In this document: positions 41,965-56,240 of the stretch, in pieces
Layout of the letters: each line of letters opens with the position of its first letter
How positions within the stretch are numbered: position 1 is the first letter of the stretch
DNA from: Auanema rhodensis
Taxonomy: Eukaryota > Animalia > Nematoda
DNA length: 64,000 bases
Direction: 5' to 3'
NCBI GenBank assembly: GCA_964057225.1
Contig: OZ059900.1
Coordinates: 1,922,001-1,986,000 of the forward strand
Translations under genes and position numbers: made by a program
The notes under the pieces: model-generated
What the model saw: only the letters and a program-made list of their open reading frames with translations
Database searches by the model: none
What the model was told of the DNA's origin: nothing

Positions 41965-44900
41965 CTACACTAAGTATGGTCGTTTTTATGCCTTTAACAC
42001 CATATACTCACCGATTTTTGGTACAAAATCTGTAATACTTGTAAATTTTGATCATATTCGTTAAGATTCGAGAATCAAACACATAATACACGAAATAAGT
42101 CTAGTTTTATGAGTTTGCACTGATATTTATTCATTTTGATCAAAAAAGGTCGAAAATAGAAAGAATTTTTGAATTTTCCGAGTTTTGAGTCCAATTGGGC
42201 TAAATCTCTCATATATATGATCAAAAGCATAGTTTTACTGTCTATGATAACAAAAGTCTTCAAATATACACTAATAATGTGTAAATCACTGAATTTCACT
42301 CAAATAGCATTACTACACTAAGTATGGTCGTTTTTATGCCTTTAACACCATATACTCACCGATTTTTGGTACAAAATCTGTAATACTTGTAAATTTTGAT
42401 CATATTCGTTAAGATTCGAGAATCAAACACATAATACACAAAATAAGTCTATTTTTATGAGTTTGCACTGATATTTATTCATTTTGATCAAAAAAGGTCG
42501 AAAATAGAAAGAATTTTTGAAATTTCCGAGTTTTGAGTCTAATTTGGCTAAATCGCTCATATATATGATCAAAAGCATAGTTTTACTGTCTATGATAACA
42601 AAAGTCTTCAAATATACACTAATAATGTGTAAATCACTGAATTTCACTCAAATAGCATTACTACACTAAGTATGGTCGTTTTTATGCCTTTAACACCATA
42701 TACTCACCGATTTTTGGTACAAAATCTGTAATACTCGTAAATTTTGATCATATTTGTTAAGATTCGAGAATCAAACACATAATACACAAAATAAGTCTAT
42801 TTTTACAAGTTTGCACTGATATTTATTCATTTTGATCAAAAAAGGTCGAAAATAGAAAGAATTTTTGAAATTTCCGAGTTTTGAGTCCAATTTGGCTAAA
42901 TCGCTCATATATATGATCAAAAGCATAGTTTTATTGTCTATAACAACAAAAGTCATCAATTAAACGCTAGTGATGTTTAAATACTGAATTTCGCTCAAAT
43001 AGCATGACTACACTAAGTATGGTCGTTTTTATGCCTTTAACACCATATACTCACCGATTTTTGGTACAAAATCTGTAATACTCGTAAATTTTGATCATAT
43101 TTGTTAAGATTTGAGAATCAAACATACAATACACAAAATCAGTCTATTTTTATGAGCTTGCACTGATATATATTCATTTTGATCAAAAAAGGTCGAAAAT
43201 AGAAAGAATTTTTGAAATTTCCGAGTTTTGAGTCTAATTTGGCTAAATCGCTCATATATATAATCAAAAGCATAGTTTTACTGTCTATGATAACAAAAGT
43301 CATCAATTAAACGCTAGTGATGTTTAAATACTGATTTTCGCTCAAATAGCATTACTACACTAAGTATGGTCGTTTTTATGCCTTTAACACCATATACTCA
43401 CCGATTTTTGGTACAAAATCTGTAATACTCATAAAATTTGATCATATTTGTTAAGATTTGAGAATCAAACACACAATACACAAAATCAGTCTATTTTTAT
43501 GAGTTTACACTGATATATATTCATTTTCATCAAAAAAGGTCGAAAATAGAAAGAATTTTTGAATTTTCCGAGTTTTGAGTCGAATTGGGCTAAATCGCTC
43601 ATATATATGATCAAAAGCATAGTTTTACTGTCTATGATAACAAAAGTCTTCAAATATACACTAATAATGATTAAATCACTGAATTTCACACAAATAGCAT
43701 TACTACACTAAGTATGGTCGTTTTTATGCCTTTAACACCATATACTCACCGATTTTTGGTACAAAATCTGTAATACTTGTAAATTTTGATCATATTTGTT
43801 AAGATTCGAGAATCAAACACATAATACACAAAATAAGTCTATTTTTATGAGTTTGCACTGATATTTATTCATTTTGATCAAAAAAGGTCGAAAATAGAAA
43901 GAATTTTTGAAATTTCCGAGTTTTGAGTCTAATTTGGCTAAATCGCTCATATATATGATCAGAAGCATAGTTTTATTGTCTATGACAACAAAAATCATCA
44001 ATTAAACGCTAGTGATGTTTAAATACTGATTTTCGCTCAAATAGCATTACTACACTAAGTATGGTCGTTTTTATGCCTTTAACACCATATACTCACCGAT
44101 TTTTGGTACAAAATCTGTAATACTCGTAAATTTTGATCATATTCGTTAAGATTTGAGAATCAAACATACAATACACAAAATCAGTCTATTTTTATGAGCT
44201 TGCACTGATATATATTCATTTTGATCAAAAAAGGTCGAAAATAGAAAGAATTTTTGAAATTTCCGAGTTTTGAGTCTAATTTGGCTAAATCGCTCATATA
44301 TATGATCAAAAGCATAGTTTTACTGTCTATGATAACAAAAGTCTTCAAATATACACTAATAATGATTAAATCACTGAATTTCAGTCAAATAGCATTACTA
44401 CACTAAGTATGGTCGTTTTTATGCCTTTAACACCATATACTCACCGATTTTTGGTACAAAATCTGTAATACTTGTAAATTTCGATCATATTTGTTAAGAT
44501 TCGAGAATCAAACACATAATACACGAAATAAGTCTATTTTTACAAGTTTGCACTGATATTTATTCATTTTGATCAAAAAAGGTCGAAAATAGAAAGAATT
44601 TTTGAAATTTCCGAGTTTTGAGTCCAATTTGGCTAAATCGCTCATATATAAGATCAAAAGCATAGTTTTATTGTCTATAACAACAAAAGTCATCAATTAA
44701 ACGCTAGTGATATTTAAATACTGATTTTCGCCCAAGTAGCATTACTACACTAAGTATGGTCGTTTTTATGCCTTTAACACCATATACTCACCGATTTTTG
44801 GTACAAAATCTGTAATACTTGTAAATTTTGATCATATTCGTTAAGATTTGAGAATCAAACATACAATACACAAAATCAGTCTATTTTTATGAGTTTGCAC

Positions 44901-47900
44901 TGATATATATTCATTTTGATCAAAAAAGGTCGAAAATAGAAAGAATTTTTGAATTTTCCGAGTTTTGAGTCCAATTGGGCTAAATCGCTCATATATATAA
45001 TCAAAAGCATAGTTTTACTGTCTATGATAACAAAAGTCATCAATTAAACGCTAGTGATGTTCAAATACTGATTTTCGCTCAAATAGCATTACTACACTAA
45101 GTATGGTCGTTTTTATGCCTTTAACACCATATACTCACCGATTTTTGGTACAAAATCTGTAATACTCGTAAAATTTGATCATATTTGTTAAGATTTGAGA
45201 ATCAAACACACAATACACAAAATCAGTCTATTTTTATGAGTTTACACTGATATATATTCATTTTCATCAAAAAAGGTCGAAAATAGAAAGAATTTTTGAA
45301 TTTTCCGAGTTTTGAGTCGAATTGGGCTAAATCGCTCATATATATGATCAAAAGCATAGTTTTACTGTCTATGATAACAAAAGTCTTCAAATATACACTA
45401 ATAATGATTAAATCACTGAATTTCACTCAAATAGCATTACTACACTAAGTATGGTCGTTTTTATGCCTTTAACACCATATACTCACCGATTTTTGGTACA
45501 AAATCTGTAATACTTGTAAATTTTGATCATATTTGTTAAGATTCGAGAATCAAACACATAATACACAAAATAAGTCTATTTTTATGAGTTTGCACTGATA
45601 TTTATTCATTTTGATCAAAAAAGGTCGAAAATAGAAAGAATTTTTGAAATTTCCGAGTTTTGAGTCTAATTTGGCTAAATCGCTCATATATATGATCAGA
45701 AGCATAGTTTTATTGTCTATGACAACAAAAATCATCAATTAAACGCTAGTGATGTTTAAATACTGATTTTCGCTCAAATAGCATTACTACACTAAGTATG
45801 GTCGTTTTTATGCCTTTAACACCATATACTCACCGATTTTTGGTACAAAATCTGTAATACTCGTAAATTTTGATCATATTCGTTAAGATTTGAGAATCAA
45901 ACATACAATACACAAAATCAGTCTATTTTTATGAGCTTGCACTGATATATATTCATTTTGATCAAAAAAGGTCGAAAATAGAAAGAATTTTTGAAATTTC
46001 CGAGTTTTGAGTCTAATTTGGCTAAATCGCTCATATATATGATCAAAAGCATAGTTTCACTGTCTATGATAACAAAAGTCTTCAAATATACACTAATAAT
46101 GATTAAATCACTGAATTTCAGTCAAATAGCATTACTACACTAAGTATGGTCGTTTTTATGCCTTTAACACCATATACTCACCGATTTTTGGTACAAAATC
46201 TGTAATACTTGTAAATTTTGATCATATTTGTTAAGATTCGAGAATCAAACACATAATACACGAAATAAGTCTATTTTTACAAGTTTGCACTGATATTTAT
46301 TCATTTTGATCAAAAAAGGTCGAAAATAGAAAGAATTTTTGAAATTTCCGAGTTTTGAGTCCAATTTGGCTAAATCGCTCATATATAAGATCAAAAGCAT
46401 AGTTTTATTGTCTATAACAACAAAAGTCATCAATTAAACGCTAGTGATATTTAAATACTGATTTTCGCTCAAGTAGCATTACTACACTAAGTATGGTCGT
46501 TTTTATGCCTTTAACACCATATACTCACCGATTTTTGGTACAAAATCTGTAATACTTGTAAATTTTGATCATATTCGTTAAGATTTGAGAATCAAACATA
46601 CAATACACAAAATCAGTCTATTTTTATGAGCTTGCACTGATATATATTCATTTTGATCAAAAAAGGTCGAAAATAGAAAGAATTTTCGAAATTTCCGAGT
46701 TTTGAGTCTAATTTGGCTAAATCGCTCATATATATGATCAGAAGCATAGTTTTATTGTCTATGACAACAAAAATCATCAATTAAACGCTAGTGATGTTTA
46801 AATACTGATTTTCGCTCAAATAGCATTACTACACTAAGTATGGTCGTTTTTATGCCTTTAACACCATATACTCACCGATTTTTGGTACAAAATCTGTAAT
46901 ACTCGTAAATTTTGATCATATTCGTTAAGATTTGAGAATCAAACATACAATACAAAAAATAAGTCTATTTTTACAAGTTTGCACTGATATTTATTCATTT
47001 TGATCAAAAAAGGTCGAAAATAGAAAGAATTTTTGAAATTTCCGAGTTTTGAGTCCAATTTGGCTAAATCGCTCATATATAAGATCAAAAGCATAGTTTT
47101 ACTGTCTATGATAACAAAAGTCTTCAAATATACACTAATAATGATTAAATCACTGAATTTCACTCAAATAGCATTACTACACTAAGTATGGTCGTTTTTA
47201 TGCCTTTAACACCATATACTCACCGATTTTTGGTACAAAATCTGTAATACTCGTAAATTTTGATCATATTCGTTAAGATTTGAGAATCAAACATACAATA
47301 CACAAAATCAGTCTATTTTTATGAGCTTGCACTGATATATATTCATTTTGATCAAAAAAGGTCGAAAATAGAAAGAATTTTCGAAATTTCCGAGTTTTGA
47401 GTCTAATTTGGCTAAATCGCTCATATATATGATCAGAAGCATAGTTTTATTGTCTATGACAACAAAAATCATCAATTAAACGCTAGTGATGTTTAAATAC
47501 TGATTTTCGCTCAAATAGCATTACTACACTAAGTATGGTCGTTTTTATGCCTTTAACACCATATACTCACCGATTTTTGGTACAAAATCTGTAATACTCG
47601 TAAATTTTGATCATATTCGTTAAGATTTGAGAATCAAACATACAATACACAAAATCAGTCTATTTTTATGAGCTTGCACTGATATATATTCATTTTGATC
47701 AAAAAAGGTCGAAAATAGAAAGAATTTTTGAAATTTCCGAGTTTTGAGTCTAATTTGGCTAAATCGCTCATATATATGATCAAAAGCATAGTTTCACTGT
47801 CTATGATAACAAAAGTCTTCAAATATACACTAATAATGATTAAATCACTGAATTTCAGTCAAATAGCATTACTACACTAAGTATGGTCGTTTTTATGCCT

Positions 47901-49724
47901 TTAACACCATATACTCACCGATTTTTGGTACAAAATCTGTAATACTTGTAAATTTTGATCATATTTGTTAAGATTCGAGAATCAAACACATAATACACGA
48001 AATAAGTCTATTTTTACAAGTTTGCACTGATATTTATTCATTTTGATCAAAAAAGGTCGAAAATAGAAAGAATTTTTGAAATTTCCGAGTTTTGAGTCCA
48101 ATTTGGCTAAATCGCTCATATATAAGATCAAAAGCATAGTTTTATTGTCTATAACAACAAAAGTCATCAATTAAACGCTAGTGATATTTAAATACTGATT
48201 TTCGCTCAAGTAGCATTACTACACTAAGTATGGTCGTTTTTATGCCTTTAACACCATATACTCACCGATTTTTGGTACAAAATCTGTAATACTCGTAAAT
48301 TTTGATCATATTCGTTAAGATTTGAGAATCAAACATACAATACACAAAATCAGTCTATTTTTATGAGCTTGCACTGATATATATTCATTTTGATCAAAAA
48401 AGGTCGAAAATAGAAAGAATTTTTGAAATTTCCGAGTTTTGAGTCTAATTTGGCTAAATCGCTCATATATATGATCAGAAGCATAGTTTTATTGTCTATG
48501 ACAACAAATGTCATCAATTAAACGCTAGTGATGTTTAAATACTGATTTTCGCTCAAATAGCATTACTACACTAAGTATGGTCGTTTTTATGCCTTTAACA
48601 CCATATACTCACCGATTTTTGGTACAAAATCTGTAATACTCGTAAATTTTGATCATATTTGTTAAGATTTGAAAATCAAACACACAATAAACAAAATCAG
48701 TCTATTTTTATGAGTTTGCACTGATATATATTCATTTTGATCAAAAAAGGTCGAAAATAGAAAGAATTTTTGAATTTTCCGAGTTTTGAGTCCAATTGGG
48801 CTAAATCGCTCATATATATGATCAAAAGCATAGTTTTACTGTCTATGATAACAAAAGTCTTCAAATATACACTAATAATGATTAAATCACTGAATTTCAG
48901 TCAAATAGCATTACTACACTAAGTATGGTCGTTTTTATGCCTTTAACACCATATACTCACCGATTTTTGGTACAAAATCTGTGATACTCGTAAATTTTGA
49001 TCATATTCAGTGAGATTCGAGAATCAAACACACAATACACGAAATAAGTTTATTTTTACGAGTTTGCACTGATATTTATTCATTTTGATCAAAAAAGTTC
49101 GAAAACAGAAAGAATTTTTGAAATTTCCGAGTTTTGAGTCTAATTTGGCTAAATCGCTCATATATATGATCAGAAGCATAGTTTTATTGTCTATGACAAC
49201 AAAAGTCATCAATTAAACGCTAGTGATGTTTAAATACTGAATTTCGCTCAAATAGCATTACTACACTAAGTATGGTCGTTTTTATGCCTTTAACACCATA
49301 TACTCACCGATTTTTGGTACAAAATCTGTAATACTCGTAAATTTCGATCATATCCGTTAAGATTCGAGAATCAAACACACAATACACAAAATAAGTTTAT
49401 TTTTACGAGTTTGAACTGGTATTTATTCATTTTGATCAAAAAAGGTCGAAAATAGAAAGAATTTTTGAAATTTCCGAGTTTTGAGTCTAATTTGGCTAAA
49501 TCGCTCATATATATGATCAAAAGCATAGTTTTACTGTCTATGATAACAAAAGTCATCAATTAAACGCTAGTGATGTTTAAATACTGAATTTCACTCAAAT
49601 AGCATTACTACACTAAGTATGGTCGTTTTTATGCCTTTAACACCATATACTCACCGATTTTTGGTACAAAATCTGTAATACTTGTAAATTTTGATCATAT
49701 TTGTTAAGATTCGAGAATCGAACA
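41965..49724. repeat. Block duplication copy 1 (at least 7.7 kb; partner at +14276 bp, 41 monomers plus the 32-bp insert)
   Basis: ORF pairs 42075/56351, 43486/57762, 46939/61215, 49024/63300 and 49371/63647. Shared rare variants AGCATGACTA (near 43006/57282), TTCACACAAA (near 43690/57966) and TTCGCCCAAG (near 44732/59008). Confidence 0.92.
43200..46600. repeat. 5-monomer higher-order repeat (period 1737 bp)
   Basis: Pairs 43486/45223, 43813/45550 and 44508/46245 (the last continues at 47982). A distinctive monomer with GAGTTTACAC, TTTTCATCAAAA and GTCGAATTGGG is repeated. Boundaries are approximate. Confidence 0.8.
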
Positions 49725-52090
49725 CACAATACAAAAAATAAGTCTATTTTTACAAGTTTGCACTGATATTTATTCATTTTGATCAAAAAAGGTCGAAAAT
49801 AGAAAGAATTTTTGAAATTTCCGAGTTTTGAGTCTAATTTGGCTAAATCGCTCATATATATGATCAAAAGCATAGTTTTATTGTCTATAACAACAAAAGT
49901 CATCAATTAAACGCTAGTGATATTTAAATACTGATTTTCGCTCAAGTAGCATTACTACACTAAGTATGGTCGTTTTTATGCCTTTAACACCATATACTCA
50001 CCGATTTTTGGTACAAAATCTGTAATACTTGTAAATTTTGATCATATTTGTTGAGATTCGAGAATCAAACACATAATACAAAAAATAAGTCTATTTTTAC
50101 AAGTTTGCACTGATATTTATTCATTTTGATCAAAAAAGGTCGAAAATAGAAAGAATTTTTGAAATTTCCGAGTTTTGAGTCCAATTTGGCTAAATCGCTC
50201 ATATATATGATCAAAAGCATAGTTTTATTGTCTATAACAACAAAAGTCATCAATTAAACGCTAGTGATGTTTAAATACTGAATTTCGCTCAAATAGCATT
50301 ACTACACTAAGTATGGTCGTTTTTATGCCTTTAACACCATATACTCACCGATTTTTGGTACAAAATCTGTAATACTCGTAAATTTTGATCATATTCGTTA
50401 AGATTTGAGAATCAAACATACAATACACAAAATCAGTCTATTTTTATGAGCTTGCACTGATATATATTCATTTTGATCAAAAAAGGTCGAAAATAGAAAG
50501 AATTTTTGAAATTTCCGAGTTTTGAGTCTAATTTGGCTAAATCGCTCATATATATGATCAGAAGCATAGTTTTATTGTCTATGACAACAAATGTCATCAA
50601 TTAAACGCTAGTGATGTTTAAATACTGATTTTCGCTCAAATAGCATTACTACACTAAGTATGGTCGTTTTTATGCCTTTAACACCATATACTCACCGATT
50701 TTTGGTACAAAATCTGTAATACTCGTAAATTTTGATCATATTTGTTAAGATTTGAAAATCAAACACACAATAAACAAAATCAGTCTATTTTTATGAGTTT
50801 GCACTGATATATATTCATTTTGATCAAAAAAGGTCGAAAATAGAAAGAATTTTTGAATTTTCCGAGTTTTGAGTCCAATTGGGCTAAATCGCTCATATAT
50901 ATGATCAAAAGCATAGTTTTACTGTCTATGATAACAAAAGTCATCAATTAAACGCTAGTGATGTTTAAATACTGATTTTCGCTCAAATAGCATTACTACA
51001 CTAAGTATGGTCGTTTTTATGCCTTTAACACCATATACTCACCGATTTTTGGTACAAAATCTGTGATACTCGTAAATTTTGATCATATTCAGTGAGATTC
51101 GAGAATCAAACACACAATACACGAAATAAGTTTATTTTTACGAGTTTGCACTGATATTTATTCATTTTGATCAAAAAAGTTCGAAAACAGAAAGAATTTT
51201 TGAAATTTCCGAGTTTTGAGTCTAATTTGGCTAAATCGCTCATATATATGATCAGAAGCATAGTTTTATTGTCTATGACAACAAAAGTCATCAATTAAAC
51301 GCTAGTGATGTTTAAATACTGAATTTCGCTCAAATAGCATTACTACACTAAGTATGGTCGTTTTTATGCCTTTAACACCATATACTCACCGATTTTTGGT
51401 ACAAAATCTGTAATACTCGTAAATTTCGATCATATCCGTTAAGATTCGAGAATCAAACACACAATACACAAAATAAGTTTATTTTTACGAGTTTGAACTG
51501 GTATTTATTCATTTTGATCAAAAAAGGTCGAAAATAGAAAGAATTTTTGAAATTTCCGAGTTTTGAGTCTAATTTGGCTAAATCGCTCATATATATGATC
51601 AAAAGCATAGTTTTACTGTCTATGATAACAAAAGTCATCAATTAAACGCTAGTGATGTTTAAATACTGAATTTCACTCAAATAGCATTACTACACTAAGT
51701 ATGGTCGTTTTTATGCCTTTAACACCATATACTCACCGATTTTTGGTACAAAATCTGTAATACTTGTAAATTTTGATCATATTTGTTAAGATTCGAGAAT
51801 CGAACACACAATACAAAAAATAAGTCTATTTTTACAAGTTTGCACTGATATTTATTCATTTTGATCAAAAAAGGTCGAAAATAGAAAGAATTTTTGAAAT
51901 TTCCGAGTTTTGAGTCTAATTTGGCTAAATCGCTCATATATATGATCAAAAGCATAGTTTTATTGTCTATAACAACAAAAGTCATCAATTAAACGCTAGT
52001 GATATTTAAATACTGATTTTCGCTCAAGTAGCATTACTACACTAAGTATGGTCGTTTTTATGCCTTTAACACCATATACTCACCGATTTT
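48250..52090. repeat. 6-monomer higher-order repeat (period 2082 bp)
   Basis: Pairs 49024/51106, 49371/51453 and 49637/51719. Shared variants AAAAGTTCGAAAACAG, TTGAACTGGT and ACAAATGTC. Boundaries are approximate. Confidence 0.8.
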
Positions 52091-54529
52091 TGGTACAAAT
52101 TCTGTAATACTTGTAAATTTTGATCATATTCGTTAAGATTTGAGAATCAAACATACAATACACAAAATCAGTCTATTTTTATGAGCTTGCACTGATATAT
52201 ATTCATTTTGATCAAAAAAGGTCGAAAATAGAAAGAATTTTTGAAATTTCCGAGTTTTGAGTCTAATTTGGCTAAATCGCTCATATATATGATCAGAAGC
52301 ATAGTTTTATTGTCTATGACAACAAAAATCATCAATTAAACGCTAGTGATGTTTAAATACTGATTTTCGCTCAAATAGCATTACTACACTAAGTATGGTC
52401 GTTTTTATGCCTTTAACACCATATACTCACCGATTTTTGGTACAAAATCTGTAATACTCGTAAAATTTGATCATATTTGTTAAGATTTGAGAATCAAACA
52501 CACAATACACAAAATCAGTCTATTTTTATGAGTTTACACTGATATATATTCATTTTCATCAAAAAAGGTCGAAAATAGAAAGAATTTTTGAAATTTCCGA
52601 GTTTTGAGTCTAATTTGGCTAAATCGCTCATATATATGATCAGAAGCATAGTTTTATTGTCTATGACAACAAAAATCATCAATTAAACGCTAGTGATGTT
52701 TAAATACTGAATTTCGCTCAAATAGCATTACTACACTAAGTATGGTCGTTTTTATGCCTTTAACACCATATACTCACCGATTTTTGGTACAAAATCTGTA
52801 ATACTCGTAAATTTTGATCATATTCGGTGAGATTCGAGAATCAAACACACAATACACGAAATAAGTTTATTTTGACGAGTTTGAACTGGTATTCATTCAT
52901 TTTGATCAAAAAAGGTCGAAAATAGAAAGAATTTTTGAAATTTCCGAGTTTTGAGTCTAATTTGGCTAAATCGCTCATATATATGATCAAAAGCATAGTT
53001 TTACTGTCTATGATAACAAAAGTCTTCAAATATACACTAATAATGATTGAATCACTGAATTTCACTCAAATAGCATTACTACACTACGTATGGTCGTTTT
53101 TATGCCTTTAACACCATATACTCACCGATTTTTGGTACAAAATCTGTGATACTCGTAAATTTTGATCATATTCGGTGAGATTCGAGAATCGAACACACAA
53201 TACACAAAATAAGTCTATTTTTACGAGTTTGCACTGATATTTATTCATTTTGATCAAAAAAGGTCGAAAATAGAAAGAATTTTTGAAATTTCCGAGTTTT
53301 GAGTCTAATTTGGCTAAATCGCTCATATATATGATCAAAAGCATAGTTTTACTGTCTATGATAACAAAAGTCTTCAAATATACACTAATAATGTGTAAAT
53401 CACTGAATTTCACTCAAATAGCTTTACTACACTAAGTATGGTCGTTTTTATGCCTTTAACACCATATACTCACCGATTTTTGGTACAAAATCTGTAATAC
53501 TCGTAAATTTTGATCATATTCGTTAAGATTTGAGAATCAAACATACAATACACAAAATCAGTCTATTTTTATGAGCTTGCACTGATATATATTCATTTTG
53601 ATCAAAAAAGGTCGAAAATAGAAAGAATTTTTGAATTTTCCGAGTTTTGAGTCCAATTGGGCTAAATCGCTCATATATATGATCAAAAGCATAGTTTCAC
53701 TGTCTATGATAACAAAAGTCTTCAAATATACACTAGTAATGATTAAATCACTGAATTTCACTCAAATAGCTTTACTACACTAAGTATGGTCGTTTTTATG
53801 CCTTTAACACCATATACTCACCGATTTTTGGTACAAAATCTGTAATACTCGTAAATTTCGATCATATCCGTTAAGATTCGAGAATCAAACACACAATACA
53901 CAAAATAAGTTTATTTTTACGAGTTTGCACTGATATTTATTCATTTTGATCAAAAAAGGTCGAAAATAGAAAGAATTTTTGAATTTTCCGAGTTTTGAGT
54001 CCAATTGGGCTAAATCGCTCATATATATGATCAAAAGCATAGTTTCACTGTCTATGATAACAAAAGTCTTCAAATATACACTAGTAATGATTAAATCACT
54101 GAATTTCACTCAAATAGCTTTACTACACTAAGTATGGTCGTTTTTATGCCTTTAACACCATATACTCACCGATTTTTGGTACAAAATCTGTAATACTCGT
54201 AAATTTCGATCATATCCGTTAAGATTCGAGAATCAAACACACAATACACAAAATAAGTTTATTTTTACGAGTTTGCACTGATATTTATTCATTTTGATCA
54301 AAAAAGGTCGAAAATAGAAAGAATTTTTGAATTTTCCGAGTTTTGAGTCCAATTGGGCTAAATCGCTCATATATATGATCAAAAGCATAGTTTCACTGTC
54401 TATGATAACAAAAGTCTTCAAATATACACTAGTAATGATTAAATCACTGAATTTCACTCAAATAGCTTTACTACACTAAGTATGGTCGTTTTTATGCCTT
54501 TAACACCATATACTCACCGATTTTTGGTA

Positions 54530-54561
54530 GCCAAATTGGACTTTTTTTTGGACAATTTTTT
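54530..54561. other. 32-bp insertion in one monomer (GCCAAATTGGACTTTTTTTTGGACAATTTTTT)
   Basis: The normal GATTTTTGGTA|CAAAATCTG is split with no base loss. Register shifts by 32 (54233 + 348 + 32 + 347 = 54960). Confidence 0.95.
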
Positions 54562-56240
54562 CAAAATCTGTAATACTCGTAAATTTCGATCATATCCGTT
54601 AAGATTCGAGAATCAAACACACAATACACGAAATAAGTTTATTTTTACGAGTTTGCACTGATATTTATTCATTTTGATCAAAAAAGGTCGAAAATAGAAA
54701 GAATTTTTGAATTTTCCGAGTTTTGAGTCCAATTTGGCTAAATCGCTCATATATATGATCAAAAGCATAGTTCTATTGTCTATAACAACAAAAGTCTTTA
54801 ATTAAACGCTAGTGATGTTTTAATACTGAATTTTGCTCAAATAGCAATACTACACTAAGTATGGTCGTTTTTATGCCTTTAACACCATATACTCACCGAT
54901 TTTTGGTACAAAATCTGTAATACTTGTAAATTTTGATCATATTCGTTAAGATTCGAAAATCAAACACACAATACACGAAATAAGTTTATTTTTACAAGTT
55001 TGCACTGATATTTATTCATTTTGATCAAAAAAGGTCGAAAATAGAAAGAATTTTTGAAATTTCCGAGTTTTGAGTCTAATTTGGCTAAATCGCTCATATA
55101 TATGATCAGAAGCATAGGTGTATTGTCTATGACAACAAAAGTCATTAATTAAACACTAATGATGTTTAAATCACTAAATTTCGCTCTAATAGCATTACTA
55201 CACTAAGTATGGTCGCTTTTATGACTTTAACACCATATACTCACCGATTTTTGGTACAAAATCTGTAATACTCGTAAATTTTGATCATATTCGTTAAGAT
55301 TTGAGAATCAAACACACAATACACAATATCAGTCTATTTTTATGAGCTTGCACTGATATATATTCATTTTGATCAAAAAAGGTCGAAAATAGAAAGAATT
55401 TTTGAAATTTCCGAGTTTTGAGTCCAATTTGGCTAAATCGCTCATATATATGATCAAAAGCATAGTTCTATTGTCTATAACAACAAAAGTCTTTAATTAA
55501 ACGCTAGTGATGTTTTAATACTGAATTTTGCTCAAATAGCATTACTACACTAAGTATGGTCGTTTTTATGCCTTTAACACCATATACTCACCGATTTTTG
55601 GTACAAAATCTGTAATACTTGTAAATTTTGATCATATTCGTTAAGATTCGAAAATCAAACACACAATACACGAAATAAGTTTATTTTTACAAGTTTGCAC
55701 TGATATTTATTCATTTTGATCAAAAAAGGTCGAAAATAGAAAGAATTTTTGAAATTTCCGAGTTTTGAGTCTAATTTGGCTAAATCGCTCATATATATGA
55801 TCAAAAGCATAGTTTCACTGTCTATGATAACAAAAGTCTTCAAATATACACTAGTAATGATTAAATCACTGAATTTCACTCAAATAGCATTACTACACTA
55901 AGTATGGTCGTTTTTATGCCTTTAACACCATATACTCACCGATTTTTGGTACAAAATCTGTAATACTTGTAAATTTTGATCATATTCGTTAAGATTTGAG
56001 AATCAAACACATAATACACGAAATAAGTCTATTTTTATGAGTTTGCACTGATATTTATTCATTTTGATCAAAAAAGGTCGAAAATAGAAAGAATTTTTGA
56101 AATTTCCGAGTTTTGAATCCAATTGGGCTAAATCGCTCATATATATGATCAAAAGCATAGTTTTATTGTCTATGATAACAAAAGTCTTCAAATATACACT
56201 AATAATGTGTAAATCACTGAATTTCACTCAAATAGCTTTA

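Noticed and set aside
54530-54561. Insert as a transposon remnant or retroposed poly(A) tail
   Set aside because: There is no target-site duplication or terminal repeat, and its first part is explained by an inverted copy of nearby satellite. A repaired excision footprint cannot be fully excluded.
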